Source of the DNA: an uncultured Candidatus Saccharibacteria bacterium
GTDB taxonomy: Bacteria; Patescibacteriota; Saccharimonadia; Saccharimonadales; Saccharimonadaceae
DNA: 64,000 nt
Direction of reading: 5' to 3'
NCBI GenBank assembly: GCA_964485445.1
Contig: CAZAJJ010000006.1
Location: 3,321 to 67,320 of the forward strand
A program made the translations under genes and the position numbers. This document shows, one piece after another, positions 16,639 to 27,560 of the stretch (position 1 is the stretch's first letter; every line of letters starts with the position of its first letter). The notes under the pieces are model-generated. The model searched no databases. It was given only the letters and a program-made list of their open reading frames with translations, and was not told the DNA's origin.

Positions 16639-18558
16639 ATGAAGAAATCCCTGCAGAGACGTGGCGTTCCAGCAATAGTGCGACTGCTTTTAGCGGTGAT
16701 TTTTCTGGTGGGAGTTTCAATCTTCTGCACCTGGTTTATTCTGTGGCGACAGCAGATGGCTGATACGACGAAAACTTGGGAGTTTATTAACGAAAATCCG
16801 CGAATATTTTGGTATAGTAGTTTGCTGATTTTTCTGATGGTTGCAGCGGTGTCGGCGGCAGTTTGGGGTGTGTTTTTAGGATCGGGGATTTGTTTCGGGA
16901 TTTTTAGCGTTATAACTTATATTCATATGCAAAAATTTCAGTTTCGGGCGGCGCCGCTGTTACCGGAAGATTTTGCGATGGCCGACCAGGCGGGAGGACT
17001 GATAAACTTCGTGGATATTTGGGGGATTGTACGGTTAGTAGTGGGAGTAATATTTATTATTGTAGGGGCGATCTTCTTAGAATACAGCGCACGGCGGATT
17101 TTCGGGCGAAAAAATATTAAACAACTGCCGTGGTGGGAACGTTTTTCGATGATTCCGAGGGTGAGTTTGACACTAGTAGCGCTGGTGGGATTTATCTTAG
17201 CGGCGGATCCGATTGTGCGACGAAATGAGGAGACGGCTTTCGGGATTCCGTGGCTAGGAGTTGAGTTTGAGGCTTGGAATCAAACTTCAAATTATGAATG
17301 GAATGGCTTCGTGATTGGTTTTCTATATAATTTAGGGCGAGCAAGTGTTGATGAACCAAAAGACTATAATGAAGAGCGGATTGCAGAGATAGCTAAGCAT
17401 TATCAAGCAAAAAAGGAGGAGGACGACGCTAATAGAGAAGACCTAGATAAAGTAGTTGATAATTTGATTATTATTTTGGACGAAACTTTTTATGATCCGG
17501 AACTTTTGGATAAATATTATCCACACACTGGCGGGGATCCGCTGCCAAATCTACGAGAAATTTTTAAGAAATATCCGAGTGGGTATATGTACTCACCGGA
17601 GTATGGCGGAGGCACGGCGAATGTTGAGTTTGAAGTGATGACGGGATTGTCAAATTATTGGGCGAATACAACGCCATATGTAGAAATAGTGCCAAAACTG
17701 ACAGGACTAACTAGCGCAGTAAGCATTGCAAAAGATGCAGGATTTAAGGCGACAGCAATTCATGCTAGTAATGGTTCAATGTATAAGCGGAATTTAGTAT
17801 ATCCGAAGTTGGGGTATGATGTGTTTTACGATAGCTCAACAATGAAACATACAGATCGCGAAAATGGGATTTCTTGGTATATTTCTGATGAGGCAGTATA
17901 TAAGGAAATTTTAGATGTACTGAAGGAAGATGACGATAAAAAGATGATTGGTGTGGCAACGATGCAAAATCATACGCCGTATATTACGGCGTGGTATGAG
18001 GATATTCAGTTTTGGGTGTCAAGCGAAAAATATCGTGATGATTTGCTGTATAATATTCAAAGTTTGCATAACTCGGATAAATATTTGGGTGAGTTTTTGG
18101 CGGAATTAGACAAGTTGGAAGAAAAGACGGCAGTACTATGGTTCGGGGATCATGCGGCAGCGCTGCTCGATGACTATATCTTGTCGGATGATAAAAGCGA
18201 ACGTGATTTGGCGCATTTGACTCCATTCTTTATTTATACAAACTTTGATACGGAAGGACTCTTCACAGAGGAGGAGGTGAAGAAAATGAATGCGGAGACT
18301 GGTTTTACTTTACCGACTAAGGGTGTAGATTTGCCAATTACTTCGCCGAATTGTTTGTCGAATGAATTATATGATATTTTGGGGATCAAAAAGCCGAGTT
18401 TATATTATTTGGTGAGCGAGGTATGCGCTGAGACGCCAATTTTGACACGAGCGTACTACGAGAGTGGGATTGCAGGAGAGGTTTCCGAAGCGCTAAAGGA
18501 TTACGAGTTGGTAAATTATGATATATTGAATGGAAAATACTATTGGCCAGAAAAATAG
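16639..18558 (+). CDS. LTA-synthase/sulfatase-family membrane enzyme (LtaS-like)
   Basis: N-terminal TM helices plus an extracellular alkaline-phosphatase-superfamily domain (ILDETF, TMQNHTPY, WFGDHAAAL). GTG 16609 lies upstream of the -10, so ATG 16639 is preferred. Confidence 0.8.
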   Translation: MKKSLQRRGVPAIVRLLLAVIFLVGVSIFCTWFILWRQQMADTTKTWEFINENPRIFWYSSLLIFLMVAAVSAAVWGVFLGSGICFGIFSVITYIHMQKFQFRAAPLLPEDFAMADQAGGLINFVDIWGIVRLVVGVIFIIVGAIFLEYSARRIFGRKNIKQLPWWERFSMIPRVSLTLVALVGFILAADPIVRRNEETAFGIPWLGVEFEAWNQTSNYEWNGFVIGFLYNLGRASVDEPKDYNEERIAEIAKHYQAKKEEDDANREDLDKVVDNLIIILDETFYDPELLDKYYPHTGGDPLPNLREIFKKYPSGYMYSPEYGGGTANVEFEVMTGLSNYWANTTPYVEIVPKLTGLTSAVSIAKDAGFKATAIHASNGSMYKRNLVYPKLGYDVFYDSSTMKHTDRENGISWYISDEAVYKEILDVLKEDDDKKMIGVATMQNHTPYITAWYEDIQFWVSSEKYRDDLLYNIQSLHNSDKYLGEFLAELDKLEEKTAVLWFGDHAAALLDDYILSDDKSERDLAHLTPFFIYTNFDTEGLFTEEEVKKMNAETGFTLPTKGVDLPITSPNCLSNELYDILGIKKPSLYYLVSEVCAETPILTRAYYESGIAGEVSEALKDYELVNYDILNGKYYWPEK

Positions 18559-18604
18559 AGAGTGGATGAAGGGGCTAGTGGCGATTGCGAAAAATACGCG
18601 TTTA

Positions 18605-20122
18605 TTAGCCCTTAGGGAAAAGCGGGGACTCGGGAGGAGTAATGGTTTCAGTAGTGGTAAAGATCGTGAGAATACGATTAGCGGTGTCAGGGAGGAATGG
18701 CACAAGGAGCTGCGCAGCTAGTAGCATTTCATGCACGAGACCGCCAAGCACTTCGACAACCTCAGCGGTGCGACCTTGCTTGGCTAATTCCCAAGGTTTG
18801 GCTTGGTCAATAGATTTATTGAGAGCTTGAATACGAGTCCAGGCGAAATCGAAGGCCTTGGAGAATTCAAAATTTCCCATTAGGCTTAAATATTCAGGTG
18901 GAAAAAGCGAACTTTTGAGGCTAGAGGGAGTAAATTCAGATTCACCAGGCTCAAATTCGGTTTTTTGAAGTTCGTTTTTGGATCTCAAATCCGATTGCGA
19001 TGAAAGGCTCTCGAGCGGAATTCCGGCAATGTGGTTTTTCGAACAGAGAGTCGCGAGGCGTTGAACAAGGTTGCCAAGATCATTGGCTAGTTCATTAGCG
19101 TAGGCTTGATCGAATTTATCATAAGTAAAATCGGAATCAAGAAAGGTATCGACGTGGCGAAGGAAAAAGTAGCGAAAAGCTTCGACGCCATGGCGATCAA
19201 TGATTTCAAGGGGATTCACGACATTGCCAAGGCTTTTGCTCATTTTCTGACCACTAGAGAGAATGTGACCATGGACGACTAAGCGCTCAGGTAGAGGCAG
19301 TCCGAGGCCGAGCAAAATGGCTGGCCAAGTGATGGCATGAAAACGAAGAATATCCTTGCCAATGAATTGAGCAGTGGCGGGCCAAAAATCACTAATATCT
19401 TGGTCGGGATAGCCGAGAATAGTAATATAATTCGAAAGAGCGTCAAGCCAGACATACATAACTTGAGAATCATCGCCAGGAACTGGGACACCCCAACTGA
19501 GACTACCTTTTGGGCGGGAAATGGAAATATCAGGAGTATCTTCGAGTAATTTGAGGATTTCGCGTTTGCGGAACTCGGGGAGAATCTGCAGATCGTCGTT
19601 TTCGATATGACGCTTAATTTCTGATTTAAAATCGGAAATACGCAAATAATAATTTTTTTCGGAAAGATGAATATAGGGCTTTTGATGATCAGGGCAGACG
19701 CCGTGATTCTCAGTGTATTCTTTTTCAGTGACAAAGTTCTCACAGCCTTCGCAGTACCAACCATCATATTCAGCGGAATAAATATGAGGTTCGAGTTTTT
19801 GCCAAATGGCTTGGCAACGGCGCATGTGGTCGGGATTAGTGGTGCGAATCGTGTCGGTATAACTGACATTTAGTTTATTGATAAAATCCTGGAAGACTTG
19901 GGAATTTTGAGCGGCGTAAGTTTCGACGCTGAGATGATTTTTGAGAGCGGAACTAAAAACCTTGTTGCCATGCTCGTCAGTACCGACTTGGAAGCGAACT
20001 TCGTCGCCGAGACCGCGACGGAAACGCGCGTAAGCATCCGCTTGCAAATAATCAATGGCGTGACCAATATGGGGGACGCCATTGACATAAGGAATTGCAG
20101 TACAAATATAGACTTTGGACAT
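18605..20122 (-). CDS. metG: Methionine--tRNA ligase
   Basis: PHIGHAIDY (HIGH), KMSKSLGN (KMSKS), zinc knuckle CEGC...CPDH. Confidence 0.95.
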   Translation of the reverse strand: MSKVYICTAIPYVNGVPHIGHAIDYLQADAYARFRRGLGDEVRFQVGTDEHGNKVFSSALKNHLSVETYAAQNSQVFQDFINKLNVSYTDTIRTTNPDHMRRCQAIWQKLEPHIYSAEYDGWYCEGCENFVTEKEYTENHGVCPDHQKPYIHLSEKNYYLRISDFKSEIKRHIENDDLQILPEFRKREILKLLEDTPDISISRPKGSLSWGVPVPGDDSQVMYVWLDALSNYITILGYPDQDISDFWPATAQFIGKDILRFHAITWPAILLGLGLPLPERLVVHGHILSSGQKMSKSLGNVVNPLEIIDRHGVEAFRYFFLRHVDTFLDSDFTYDKFDQAYANELANDLGNLVQRLATLCSKNHIAGIPLESLSSQSDLRSKNELQKTEFEPGESEFTPSSLKSSLFPPEYLSLMGNFEFSKAFDFAWTRIQALNKSIDQAKPWELAKQGRTAEVVEVLGGLVHEMLLAAQLLVPFLPDTANRILTIFTTTETITPPESPLFPKG

Positions 20123-20128
20123 ATATAT

Positions 20129-20137
20129 ATTATAGCA
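20129..20137 (-). promoter_or_regulatory. Extended -10 (TGCTATAAT) 6 nt from metG ATG
   Basis: attatagca at 20129-20137. ATG at 20122-20120. Confidence 0.55.
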
Positions 20138-20140
20138 CGT

Positions 20141-21337
20141 CTATTCGACGGAGCAAACAAAACCGCTATTTTCGAGGTGAGCTCGAACGTCGTCCATAGA
20201 AAGCGAAGGGTTATTGTCGGTGCTACCGTAAAGAAGGATTTGCGCATCAGAGTCGGAGAAGCTGCTGTCGCTAGATTCAATATCGGCAACGAAGTTAGTG
20301 CCTTCACTACTGAATTTAATCGCGAAAGAATTGCCGATTGTAGAAATCAGCGCAGCGTTCAACTCATTGAATTTGTTCTGGGCATATTCAACGTCAGCCG
20401 TAGTATTATAAGTAGTGCTATAATCGGAAACGAGCGAGGAGAGTTTGCCATCAACATAGCCGGCTAGAATACTACGATTGCCGCTGACCTGATAATAGTT
20501 GTCGATAAATTGGCCAAAATCGGTAGTTTGGGTGCAGGTAAGCATTTCCAATTTTCCTTTTGAGGTCTCGCCAGAAGTATCAGGCATATAGATAATCTTA
20601 GGATTATCGACGGCTTGGCGCCAAAGAATGATAAAGATGATCATGAGAACTGTCATGAGCGCAGCTACGCCACCGAGAATAATCGTCAAGATGCTAGAGT
20701 TGTTCCCAGTTTTGACGACTGGCGACTTAGGTAAATTGAATTTAGATTTTGAAGCCTTGGAGCCAGTAGGGGTGGCGCTAGGATTAACCGGAGGGAGAGC
20801 AGGACCGTTTTGAGAATTCGACGTAGCAGTCGAATCAGCCTTGGCAGGTTCGGGACCGCTGAGATTTTGAGCAAAAGGATTATAAGGCATAGTAGGCGCA
20901 ACTTCGGGGGCCGGCATAGGTCCGCCAGAAAAACCAGCCACGGGAGCAGATTCCGGCATAGCGCTAGGAGTGGTTTCCGGGACGCCGGGAGCCGCAAAAT
21001 TATTCATCGGGTCATTACTCATAGCAGGAGCGCCAAAGGCAGCCGGATCGGAATTTAGCGGCGGGACTGAAGTCACACTACCAATCGAACCAGGAACGGG
21101 AGCAGCCGGAACGAGCGGTTCGTCGATCGGCGGAGTCATAACAGCCTCAGGTTGGCCGATTTGGTCGAGGCCTAAGATATCCGAATTATTACTGGCGGCA
21201 AGTCCAGCAGAAGTGAGATTATCCTCAGCCGAGGCCATGCTATCAGCCATAGAAAGCCCTGATCCCGCAGGACCATTCTGCCCATCCATGCCCGGCATGG
21301 GTGAGTTACTTAATGGATTATTGTTTTCAGGATTCAT
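20141..21337 (-). CDS. Hypothetical single-pass membrane protein with Pro/Ala-rich N-terminal region
   Basis: 398-aa ORF with AGGGAGG SD, one TM (ILTIILGGVAALMTVLMIIFIILW) and a C-terminal globular domain. Confidence 0.6.
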   Translation of the reverse strand: MNPENNNPLSNSPMPGMDGQNGPAGSGLSMADSMASAEDNLTSAGLAASNNSDILGLDQIGQPEAVMTPPIDEPLVPAAPVPGSIGSVTSVPPLNSDPAAFGAPAMSNDPMNNFAAPGVPETTPSAMPESAPVAGFSGGPMPAPEVAPTMPYNPFAQNLSGPEPAKADSTATSNSQNGPALPPVNPSATPTGSKASKSKFNLPKSPVVKTGNNSSILTIILGGVAALMTVLMIIFIILWRQAVDNPKIIYMPDTSGETSKGKLEMLTCTQTTDFGQFIDNYYQVSGNRSILAGYVDGKLSSLVSDYSTTYNTTADVEYAQNKFNELNAALISTIGNSFAIKFSSEGTNFVADIESSDSSFSDSDAQILLYGSTDNNPSLSMDDVRAHLENSGFVCSVE

Positions 21338-21464
21338 GATGCCTCCCTTTTTGCCTGATTTCGCTGTTTAATGTTAATGCCTTATATTGTTCTTATTTTA
21401 ACGCCTGAGCGAGAGTTTGGCAAGAGTTTATTTTATAAAGAGATGCGAGTTTAGCAAGAATGGA

Positions 21465-21498
21465 GAGTTTTAGTGAAAATGGAGTTTTAGTGAAAATG
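21465..21498. repeat. Perfect tandem 17-mer x2 (gagttttagtgaaaatg) with degenerate flanking copies
   Basis: 21465-21481 is identical to 21482-21498. Related units sit at ~21447-21464 and ~21499-21515. Confidence 0.85.
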
Positions 21499-21619
21499 GA
21501 GTTTAAGCGAGAGTAGGTTTCAGGCTAGATCGGAAGCTTAAGTAAAATCGAGGACTTTCGTGCTATATTTGCATCTGTATTAGAACGAGGCGAAGCTTAT
21601 TCTTTGGCAAGGGCAAAAT

Positions 21620-22411
21620 TTAGGTTGAGGATTCAGCGAGATCGGAGACCTGAAAAAGCGCTTGCCAGTCAGACAACTCCAGATCGCCAGGGCGAGCATC
21701 GGGATCGAGGTTCAGCCCAGCGAAGATCCCCTGCCAGTCGGTTTTTGAGCAGGACGTGCCAGCAGCGAGATTATGGATTAGTTTTTTGCGGGGACTGGAG
21801 AAGCCGATCTTGATAAGTTTAAAGACTGAGTCGGGAATGAGGGGGGCGGAGAGAGGGTCGAGAATGAGGACTTCGCTATCAACTTTAGGAGGTGGAACGA
21901 ACTCCGCCCCCCGCACGACGGGGCCGAGCTCCACGGCCGCACGGTTTTGCACTGTGAGCGAGAGCAGGGTATGATGGCCCGGAGCAGCCGCAATGCGCTC
22001 AGCCACTTCTTTTTGGACCAATAAGACAATCCGCTGGGGAGCGAAGGCCCCGTCAAAAATTAATTTATGAATAATAGGCGAGGTAATGTAGTAAGGAATA
22101 TTTCCAGCGACAACATAGTTCGAGGTTTTTGCGAGGCCAGAAATATCAGTTTGCAAAACGTCACCATGAATGACTTGGAGATTTTTGCCAGGGAAAGAGC
22201 CCGGCAAATTATGGGCTAGTTTTTCATCAAATTCAATAGCGATAACCCGAGAGAAACGCTTAAGCAAACTAGAAGTGAGTGTGCCAAGACCGGGTCCAAT
22301 TTCAATACAAAGAGTATCAGAGTCAGCGGGCGCGGCGGCAAGATCGGCGATTTCGTCGAGGATGGCGCGATTTTTGAGCCAATGCTGGCCGAGGGATTTA
22401 TTGTTTTTCAC
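21620..22411 (-). CDS. rsmA: 16S rRNA (adenine1518/1519-N6)-dimethyltransferase
   Basis: LGQHWLKN, IEIGPGLGTLT SAM motif, GNIPYYITSPI. GTG start 3 nt after the upstream stop. Confidence 0.9.
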   Translation of the reverse strand: MKNNKSLGQHWLKNRAILDEIADLAAAPADSDTLCIEIGPGLGTLTSSLLKRFSRVIAIEFDEKLAHNLPGSFPGKNLQVIHGDVLQTDISGLAKTSNYVVAGNIPYYITSPIIHKLIFDGAFAPQRIVLLVQKEVAERIAAAPGHHTLLSLTVQNRAAVELGPVVRGAEFVPPPKVDSEVLILDPLSAPLIPDSVFKLIKIGFSSPRKKLIHNLAAGTSCSKTDWQGIFAGLNLDPDARPGDLELSDWQALFQVSDLAESST

Positions 22412-22414
22412 TGG

Positions 22415-23443
22415 TTAGTACCAACCCTTGGCTTGCTTGAAACTGAGGGCTTGTTGCCAACCGCCATAACGCCCCTTGACATAGGAATCCATCCAACGAA
22501 GTTGAGTGAGCGGGTTCGTCTTCCAGTCGGCACCGGCGCTGGCCATTTTGCTGCCCGGGAGAGCCTGAGGAATACCATAAGCGCCAGAGTGTGGGTTTTC
22601 GGCATCAACGCGACAGCCAGATTCGTGATAAATAATATAGAGAGCGGCTTCAAGGTCGGCGTCAGGAACACCGATTTCGCGGAGCCAGCCGGCACAGACT
22701 TCTTGGCCAGGCGGAATGGAAAGTTTGGCGCCAACTACGACGATTTCGGGAACAGGCTCAAGTTTGACTTCTTCAAGCACGAGCGTGCGAGAAACTTCGA
22801 CGTTATTATCAAAGAGAACTTCATAGACACTGCTCTTGCGGCCATCGGTACCGACTTGTTCGAGGCGAGTTTCACCTTTGGCAAGGTTATAATCGTAGCG
22901 AGTTTCGGTAGGATAAGGGATCGATTCCTCAAAGGTAATCGTCCGACCGCCGTTACGCTCAACGCGAAAAGCGGAAACCGCCCCGGCTTCAAGGAAGTTT
23001 TGGTTCATGATGGGAGTGATTTCGTCGCCATCATATATTGTCAAGCCAGCCTCAACGGCCACTTGGCGCGGATCGAAACTGGCGCTCATAACGTAACGCT
23101 TTTTAGAGCCGTCAATTACGACAGCCGGGCGGGCGCGATGAATGTTAATATGATATTCTTCACCGGCAACCGGAGTCTCCAATCCAGGATCAACGATATC
23201 GGAAGCATTAACCGAAATTCCGGCACGATCAAGCACTTCCTGAACCGTAGAGGCGGAAGTTTTGACCGTGAGAACTGAGTCTTCGTCATAAATTGTCACA
23301 AAATGCGAGCCCCCATCGCTATTTTCATCATCAGCGAAGGCAGCATCATTATGCACGATGGCTTGGAATGACAACAAAATAGCTATCATTGCCGCCAAAA
23401 GCGCACAACAAAAATCTCGTACTTTGTATTGCAATTTAATCAT
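22415..23443 (-). CDS. Secreted cell-wall-active protein: DUF348-like + G5 domain + C-terminal lysozyme/transglycosylase-like domain
   Basis: Signal anchor. G5-like TETRYDYNLAKGETRLEQVGTDGRK. C-terminal HESGCRVDAENPHSGAYGIPQALPGSKM...GWY. Confidence 0.75.
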   Translation of the reverse strand: MIKLQYKVRDFCCALLAAMIAILLSFQAIVHNDAAFADDENSDGGSHFVTIYDEDSVLTVKTSASTVQEVLDRAGISVNASDIVDPGLETPVAGEEYHINIHRARPAVVIDGSKKRYVMSASFDPRQVAVEAGLTIYDGDEITPIMNQNFLEAGAVSAFRVERNGGRTITFEESIPYPTETRYDYNLAKGETRLEQVGTDGRKSSVYEVLFDNNVEVSRTLVLEEVKLEPVPEIVVVGAKLSIPPGQEVCAGWLREIGVPDADLEAALYIIYHESGCRVDAENPHSGAYGIPQALPGSKMASAGADWKTNPLTQLRWMDSYVKGRYGGWQQALSFKQAKGWY

Positions 23444-23452
23444 TGCATAACC

Positions 23453-23481
23453 ATTATAGCAAAGACTGCGAAAATTGTCAA
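23453..23481 (-). promoter_or_regulatory. Consensus promoter (TTGACA-N17-TGCTATAAT)
   Basis: -35 at 23476-23481, -10 at 23453-23458. ATG 23443 is 9 nt downstream. Confidence 0.7.
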
Positions 23482-23756
23482 GTTTTTTTGCAGAAATTTT
23501 AATGCTTAACAGAGGTAGAGACGGGGAAATCAGGCACTAGGATTACTGAAAAACTAAGAAAATCAGGGGGGTAAATTAGGGTAAATGAAGGCAAATGAGA
23601 GGGGCATTGAGAAAAAAATGAGAAAATAGGGGAGATTTCGGGAAAAATGAGGCGATTTGGTCTAGAATTTGAGAGCCGATAATTCCCTGGCTGGCTGAGA
23701 ACATTGAACGAAAACTCGAGACTAGTGATATCATTTGAGATCCGAGAGGTTCGAAG

Positions 23757-26186
23757 TCAGCCCTCATAAACTGGGACATCTTCGGGAAAAGGGTCGAAAC
23801 CTGAGCCGGAACCGCCAAATTCGCCGTCGGGATCACCGCCGAGAATACCGAAATCAGGGCCGGAACCGGGAGAAATGAAATCAACGTCAGAGACGGTTTG
23901 ATCGGCGTCGTAGGCACCAGATTCACCAAAACTGCCAGAGCCGTAAGGATTATAGCCGATTTCGAGGAGGAATTGGGAAGGTGTATTGTAATTCCGGCCA
24001 CTAAAAGTGTAGCGCGAGCCGGCGAAAGTAAGGTAAAGATTTTGCATGGCGCGAGTCATGCCGACGTAGGCGAGGCGACGTTCCTCTTCGAGAGTCTCCT
24101 CGGATTCACCGCAACGACTGCTGGGAAAGAGACCCTCCTCGAGGCCGACCATGAAGACGATCGGGAATTCAAGACCCTTGGCGGCATGGAGGGTCATGAG
24201 AGTAACTGAGTCGGAAGAATTAGACTCATCGGCAGAACTGAGCAGCGAAGCGTCAGCGAGGAATTCGTCGAGCGATTCATAAACGCTGGCATTGCTGGCA
24301 AGAACTTCGAGGTTTTGCATGCGCTCGTCGCCGTCGGGCGTACCGCTATGAACGAGGCTGGCGAAATCGAAATATTTGACGACCTGTTCAATAAGTTCAG
24401 CAGGGGTGATTTCGAGAGAAGTGCTGGAAGATTCAGCGGAAGCATCCAAGTCGGCAGACCGCTCGGCCGGCGCTTGGAGGTCGGCGGGAAAATTAATGAC
24501 GAAATCATCAGAAGCGGAAGAAGCGTCGGAGGCGACAGAGCTAGCCTCAGCAGGCTCAGTAGCTTGGGCTGATTCAATGGAAACTGACTGCGACGATTCC
24601 AAGGCCGCTATGGTCGCAGGCGTTTTCACAGATTTCGGAGATTTGAAAGCTTCTGCGGGTTCTGGCGCTTCGGAAAGTTGCTGGCGAGGGACTTTCGGAC
24701 CGTAGGTTTCGAGAAAGTTGGCCAGACGGGAGACGGAAGTCTTGGCGCGGCCGGAAAGCGCGGTGGCTGCTTCACTGAAACTAGCGTCGGGATGAAGATT
24801 AAAATAGGCGAAGATTTTTTCGAGCGAGGCTTGACCGACGCCAGAGAGGACATTTTTCGTAATGCGTTCGAAACTAACACGGTCGTGGGGATTAACGAGT
24901 AATTTCAAAATCGCGAGAACATCCTTGACTTCTTTGCGGTCATAAAAACGGACGCCACCGATGATTTTATAAGGAATACGCTGGTTAATGAAGGATTTTT
25001 CGAAGGCGGAGGACTGAGCATTGGTGCGATAAAGAACAGCAAAATCGCTAAAAGGATGCTGCGGGTGATTACGGAGGATTTCGTGGGCAACGTAGTTAGC
25101 TTCGCCGGTTTCATCGGCTAGACCTTCGATGATAACGGGGTCACCTTTGCCAGCTTCAGTGAAGAGGGTTTTCTCGCTGCGTTGTTTGTTGAAATTGATG
25201 ATTTTTTGGGAAGCGGAAAGAATGTTGCCGGTGCTGCGATAGTTTTGTTCGAGTTTGATAACTTTTGCGCCGGGGAAATCTTTTTCGAAATTGAGGATGT
25301 TAGTAAAATCGGCGCCGCGCCAGGAATAAATCGACTGCCAGTCATCTCCGACGACGCAGATATTCTGATCGGAATTGACGAGGAATTTGACGAGTTGGTA
25401 TTGAACGGCATTCGTGTCCTGATACTCATCGATCAGAATATGGCGAAAACGATTTTGCCATTTGGCGCGGACGACGGCGTTTTCGCGGAAAAGACGGGCG
25501 GTGCGAGTGAGCAAGTCATCGAAATCAAGGGCGGAAGCGGCGGCTTTTTCGCGCTCATAAAGAGCGAAAACATCGGCGGCTTGTTTTTGGTTCGGGTAGA
25601 GGGCTTCGGACTTAGCGGCTTCGGGAGTGATGCCAGCGGTTTGCCAACTGGAGATCATGGAATGAGCAAATTTAGGAGTGAAACGCTTATCGCTAGTCAT
25701 TTTTTCGGTGCGGATAATGCGACGAATCAGGGCGAGTTGGTCATCGGAATCGTAGATCGTGAAATTGCGGTCAAGACCAGCCGCGTCGGCTTCAATGCGC
25801 AAAATACGAACACAAATACTGTGGAAAGTTCCCATGTAGGGCATGAAGGAACGAGGTGGGGTGTCGGAAAAAGTGGCCGGAGATTCACCAAGGACGGCGG
25901 AAAAACTAGAGGTTTTCAACTCAAGGTCCTGGCGGCCGATAGCGTTTTCGCGTTGCTGAGCAAGGAGACGCCAGAGGCGCGTACGCATTTCAGTGGCGGC
26001 TTTGTTAGTAAAAGTAACGGCGAGAATTTGGCCAGGGCGAACGCCATGAAGAATGAGATTAGCAATGCGATGAGTTAAGACTTTGGTTTTGCCGGAACCA
26101 GCGCCAGCTAAGATAAGCAGAGGACCCTCAAGGGTTTCGACGGCTTCGCGCTGAGCGGGATTAAGACCTCCTAAAATTGTATCCAT
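23757..26186 (-). CDS. pcrA: ATP-dependent DNA helicase, UvrD/PcrA family
   Basis: AGAGSGKT (motif I), DEYQDTN (II), TLHAAKGLEF, VGMTRA. Low-complexity acidic/Ser-rich insert in the C-terminal half. Confidence 0.9.
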   Translation of the reverse strand: MDTILGGLNPAQREAVETLEGPLLILAGAGSGKTKVLTHRIANLILHGVRPGQILAVTFTNKAATEMRTRLWRLLAQQRENAIGRQDLELKTSSFSAVLGESPATFSDTPPRSFMPYMGTFHSICVRILRIEADAAGLDRNFTIYDSDDQLALIRRIIRTEKMTSDKRFTPKFAHSMISSWQTAGITPEAAKSEALYPNQKQAADVFALYEREKAAASALDFDDLLTRTARLFRENAVVRAKWQNRFRHILIDEYQDTNAVQYQLVKFLVNSDQNICVVGDDWQSIYSWRGADFTNILNFEKDFPGAKVIKLEQNYRSTGNILSASQKIINFNKQRSEKTLFTEAGKGDPVIIEGLADETGEANYVAHEILRNHPQHPFSDFAVLYRTNAQSSAFEKSFINQRIPYKIIGGVRFYDRKEVKDVLAILKLLVNPHDRVSFERITKNVLSGVGQASLEKIFAYFNLHPDASFSEAATALSGRAKTSVSRLANFLETYGPKVPRQQLSEAPEPAEAFKSPKSVKTPATIAALESSQSVSIESAQATEPAEASSVASDASSASDDFVINFPADLQAPAERSADLDASAESSSTSLEITPAELIEQVVKYFDFASLVHSGTPDGDERMQNLEVLASNASVYESLDEFLADASLLSSADESNSSDSVTLMTLHAAKGLEFPIVFMVGLEEGLFPSSRCGESEETLEEERRLAYVGMTRAMQNLYLTFAGSRYTFSGRNYNTPSQFLLEIGYNPYGSGSFGESGAYDADQTVSDVDFISPGSGPDFGILGGDPDGEFGGSGSGFDPFPEDVPVYEG

Positions 26187-26192
26187 TCTGCC

Positions 26193-26201
26193 ATTATAGC
26201 A
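26193..26201 (-). promoter_or_regulatory. Extended -10 (TGCTATAAT) 6 nt from pcrA ATG
   Basis: attatagca at 26193-26201. ATG at 26186-26184. Confidence 0.55.
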
Positions 26202-26285
26202 CGAACGGGACAGGGAGGATAGGGCGATTCTGGAATGAAAACGCGGGGGATTCTGGGGTGAAACCGCGGGGAGATATATTATATA

Positions 26286-27560
26286 CTAATTATCGTCGAT
26301 GAGGCGCTCGTTGTAGCGGAGGCGGGAGGCGGAGTGGCGGGCGGTGTAGCGGCGGCGACGCAAGGTGATGAGATGGAAAGCAACGCCGAGCTGGGCGGCG
26401 GTAATAACGGCAGAGACACCGAACATGGCCGAAGGGCCGAATTCGTAAGTGAGACCGCAGATGAGGATGCCGAGAGCTTCGCCGAGATAAGACATGACGT
26501 ATTTGATAGTGCTGTAACTGAATTGATGGCGATTATCAACTAGATTGATATAATGACCGTCGGTTACATCTTCGTAGGCCGTGGAAATGAGGATTGACCA
26601 GGTCATGGCGAGGAGCGAGAGAAAGGGGTCACTAGAGAAGACAACTATCACATAAGAAAGGAGACGGAGACCAAATTTAAGAGTAAGGGTCAGGTAATCA
26701 TTTTTGGGAGTGAAATATTTCAGAGCGACAATGCCGACAACGTCGGAAAGCAGGCCGACGACGAGGAGGTAGTTCGTGGCGGTGCTAGCAGAGAGGCTGA
26801 GGAAGTTCGTCAGAACGAGCATTTTGAGGCCAAGAGCGGCAGCGAAGGATGTAGCAGCGAGAAAAGCGTAGAGCATATACCAACACTGGAGACGGCTGCT
26901 GAGGATATATTTCAGGACAGGAAGGCAGTTTGAGGTGGCGTTTGAAGTAGGGCGAATCTGGAGGCTGAAAAGTATAAGCAGGGCAGGCATGAGGAAGGTG
27001 GCAGAGATCCAGAGGCAGTGATTATAATCAAGAGTAATACCGAAAAAGCTCCAGCCAATTAAGATACCACCAACAAGGATACCGAGGTCGCGAAAGAGAT
27101 ATTCAACGAGCTTGCGGCGACTGTAGGCTTTGTTGCTTTTGAGGATGGTAGTGATAAGAGGATAAACGCTAGTGACGATCAGGCAACTGGTTAAAATATC
27201 AATGATTATGCAGCCGTCAATAAGAAATTTGTTGCCACTGGCGTCGAGAGAAAGGAGAAAAAGGAGGTCAAGGGCTTTGCAAATCAGCACAATAAGCATA
27301 AAGTTTTGCAAGTGGCGAGGTTTGAGGTAGCGACCGACCAAGATGACACCGAAGGCGCTAAGAAAGATACCGAGACTAGTAATAGTGCTGACATCTTGGG
27401 CGGAAAAACCATTGTCTTCGAGCCAAAGTTGTCGGAAATTTTCCCAAAGTCCGACGGAAACGCTGAAAAAAGCCAACATGACCAGAATTTTGAACTCTAA
27501 CTTCTGGGCGCGAGAGGGAGTTTTCTTGGGGATTTTGTGACGCATGCGGACAAAAAACAT
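26286..27560 (-). CDS. MFS-type transporter
   Basis: 424 aa with ~12 hydrophobic segments. TGCTAAAAT -10 at 27585-27593. Confidence 0.7.
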   Translation of the reverse strand: MFFVRMRHKIPKKTPSRAQKLEFKILVMLAFFSVSVGLWENFRQLWLEDNGFSAQDVSTITSLGIFLSAFGVILVGRYLKPRHLQNFMLIVLICKALDLLFLLSLDASGNKFLIDGCIIIDILTSCLIVTSVYPLITTILKSNKAYSRRKLVEYLFRDLGILVGGILIGWSFFGITLDYNHCLWISATFLMPALLILFSLQIRPTSNATSNCLPVLKYILSSRLQCWYMLYAFLAATSFAAALGLKMLVLTNFLSLSASTATNYLLVVGLLSDVVGIVALKYFTPKNDYLTLTLKFGLRLLSYVIVVFSSDPFLSLLAMTWSILISTAYEDVTDGHYINLVDNRHQFSYSTIKYVMSYLGEALGILICGLTYEFGPSAMFGVSAVITAAQLGVAFHLITLRRRRYTARHSASRLRYNERLIDDN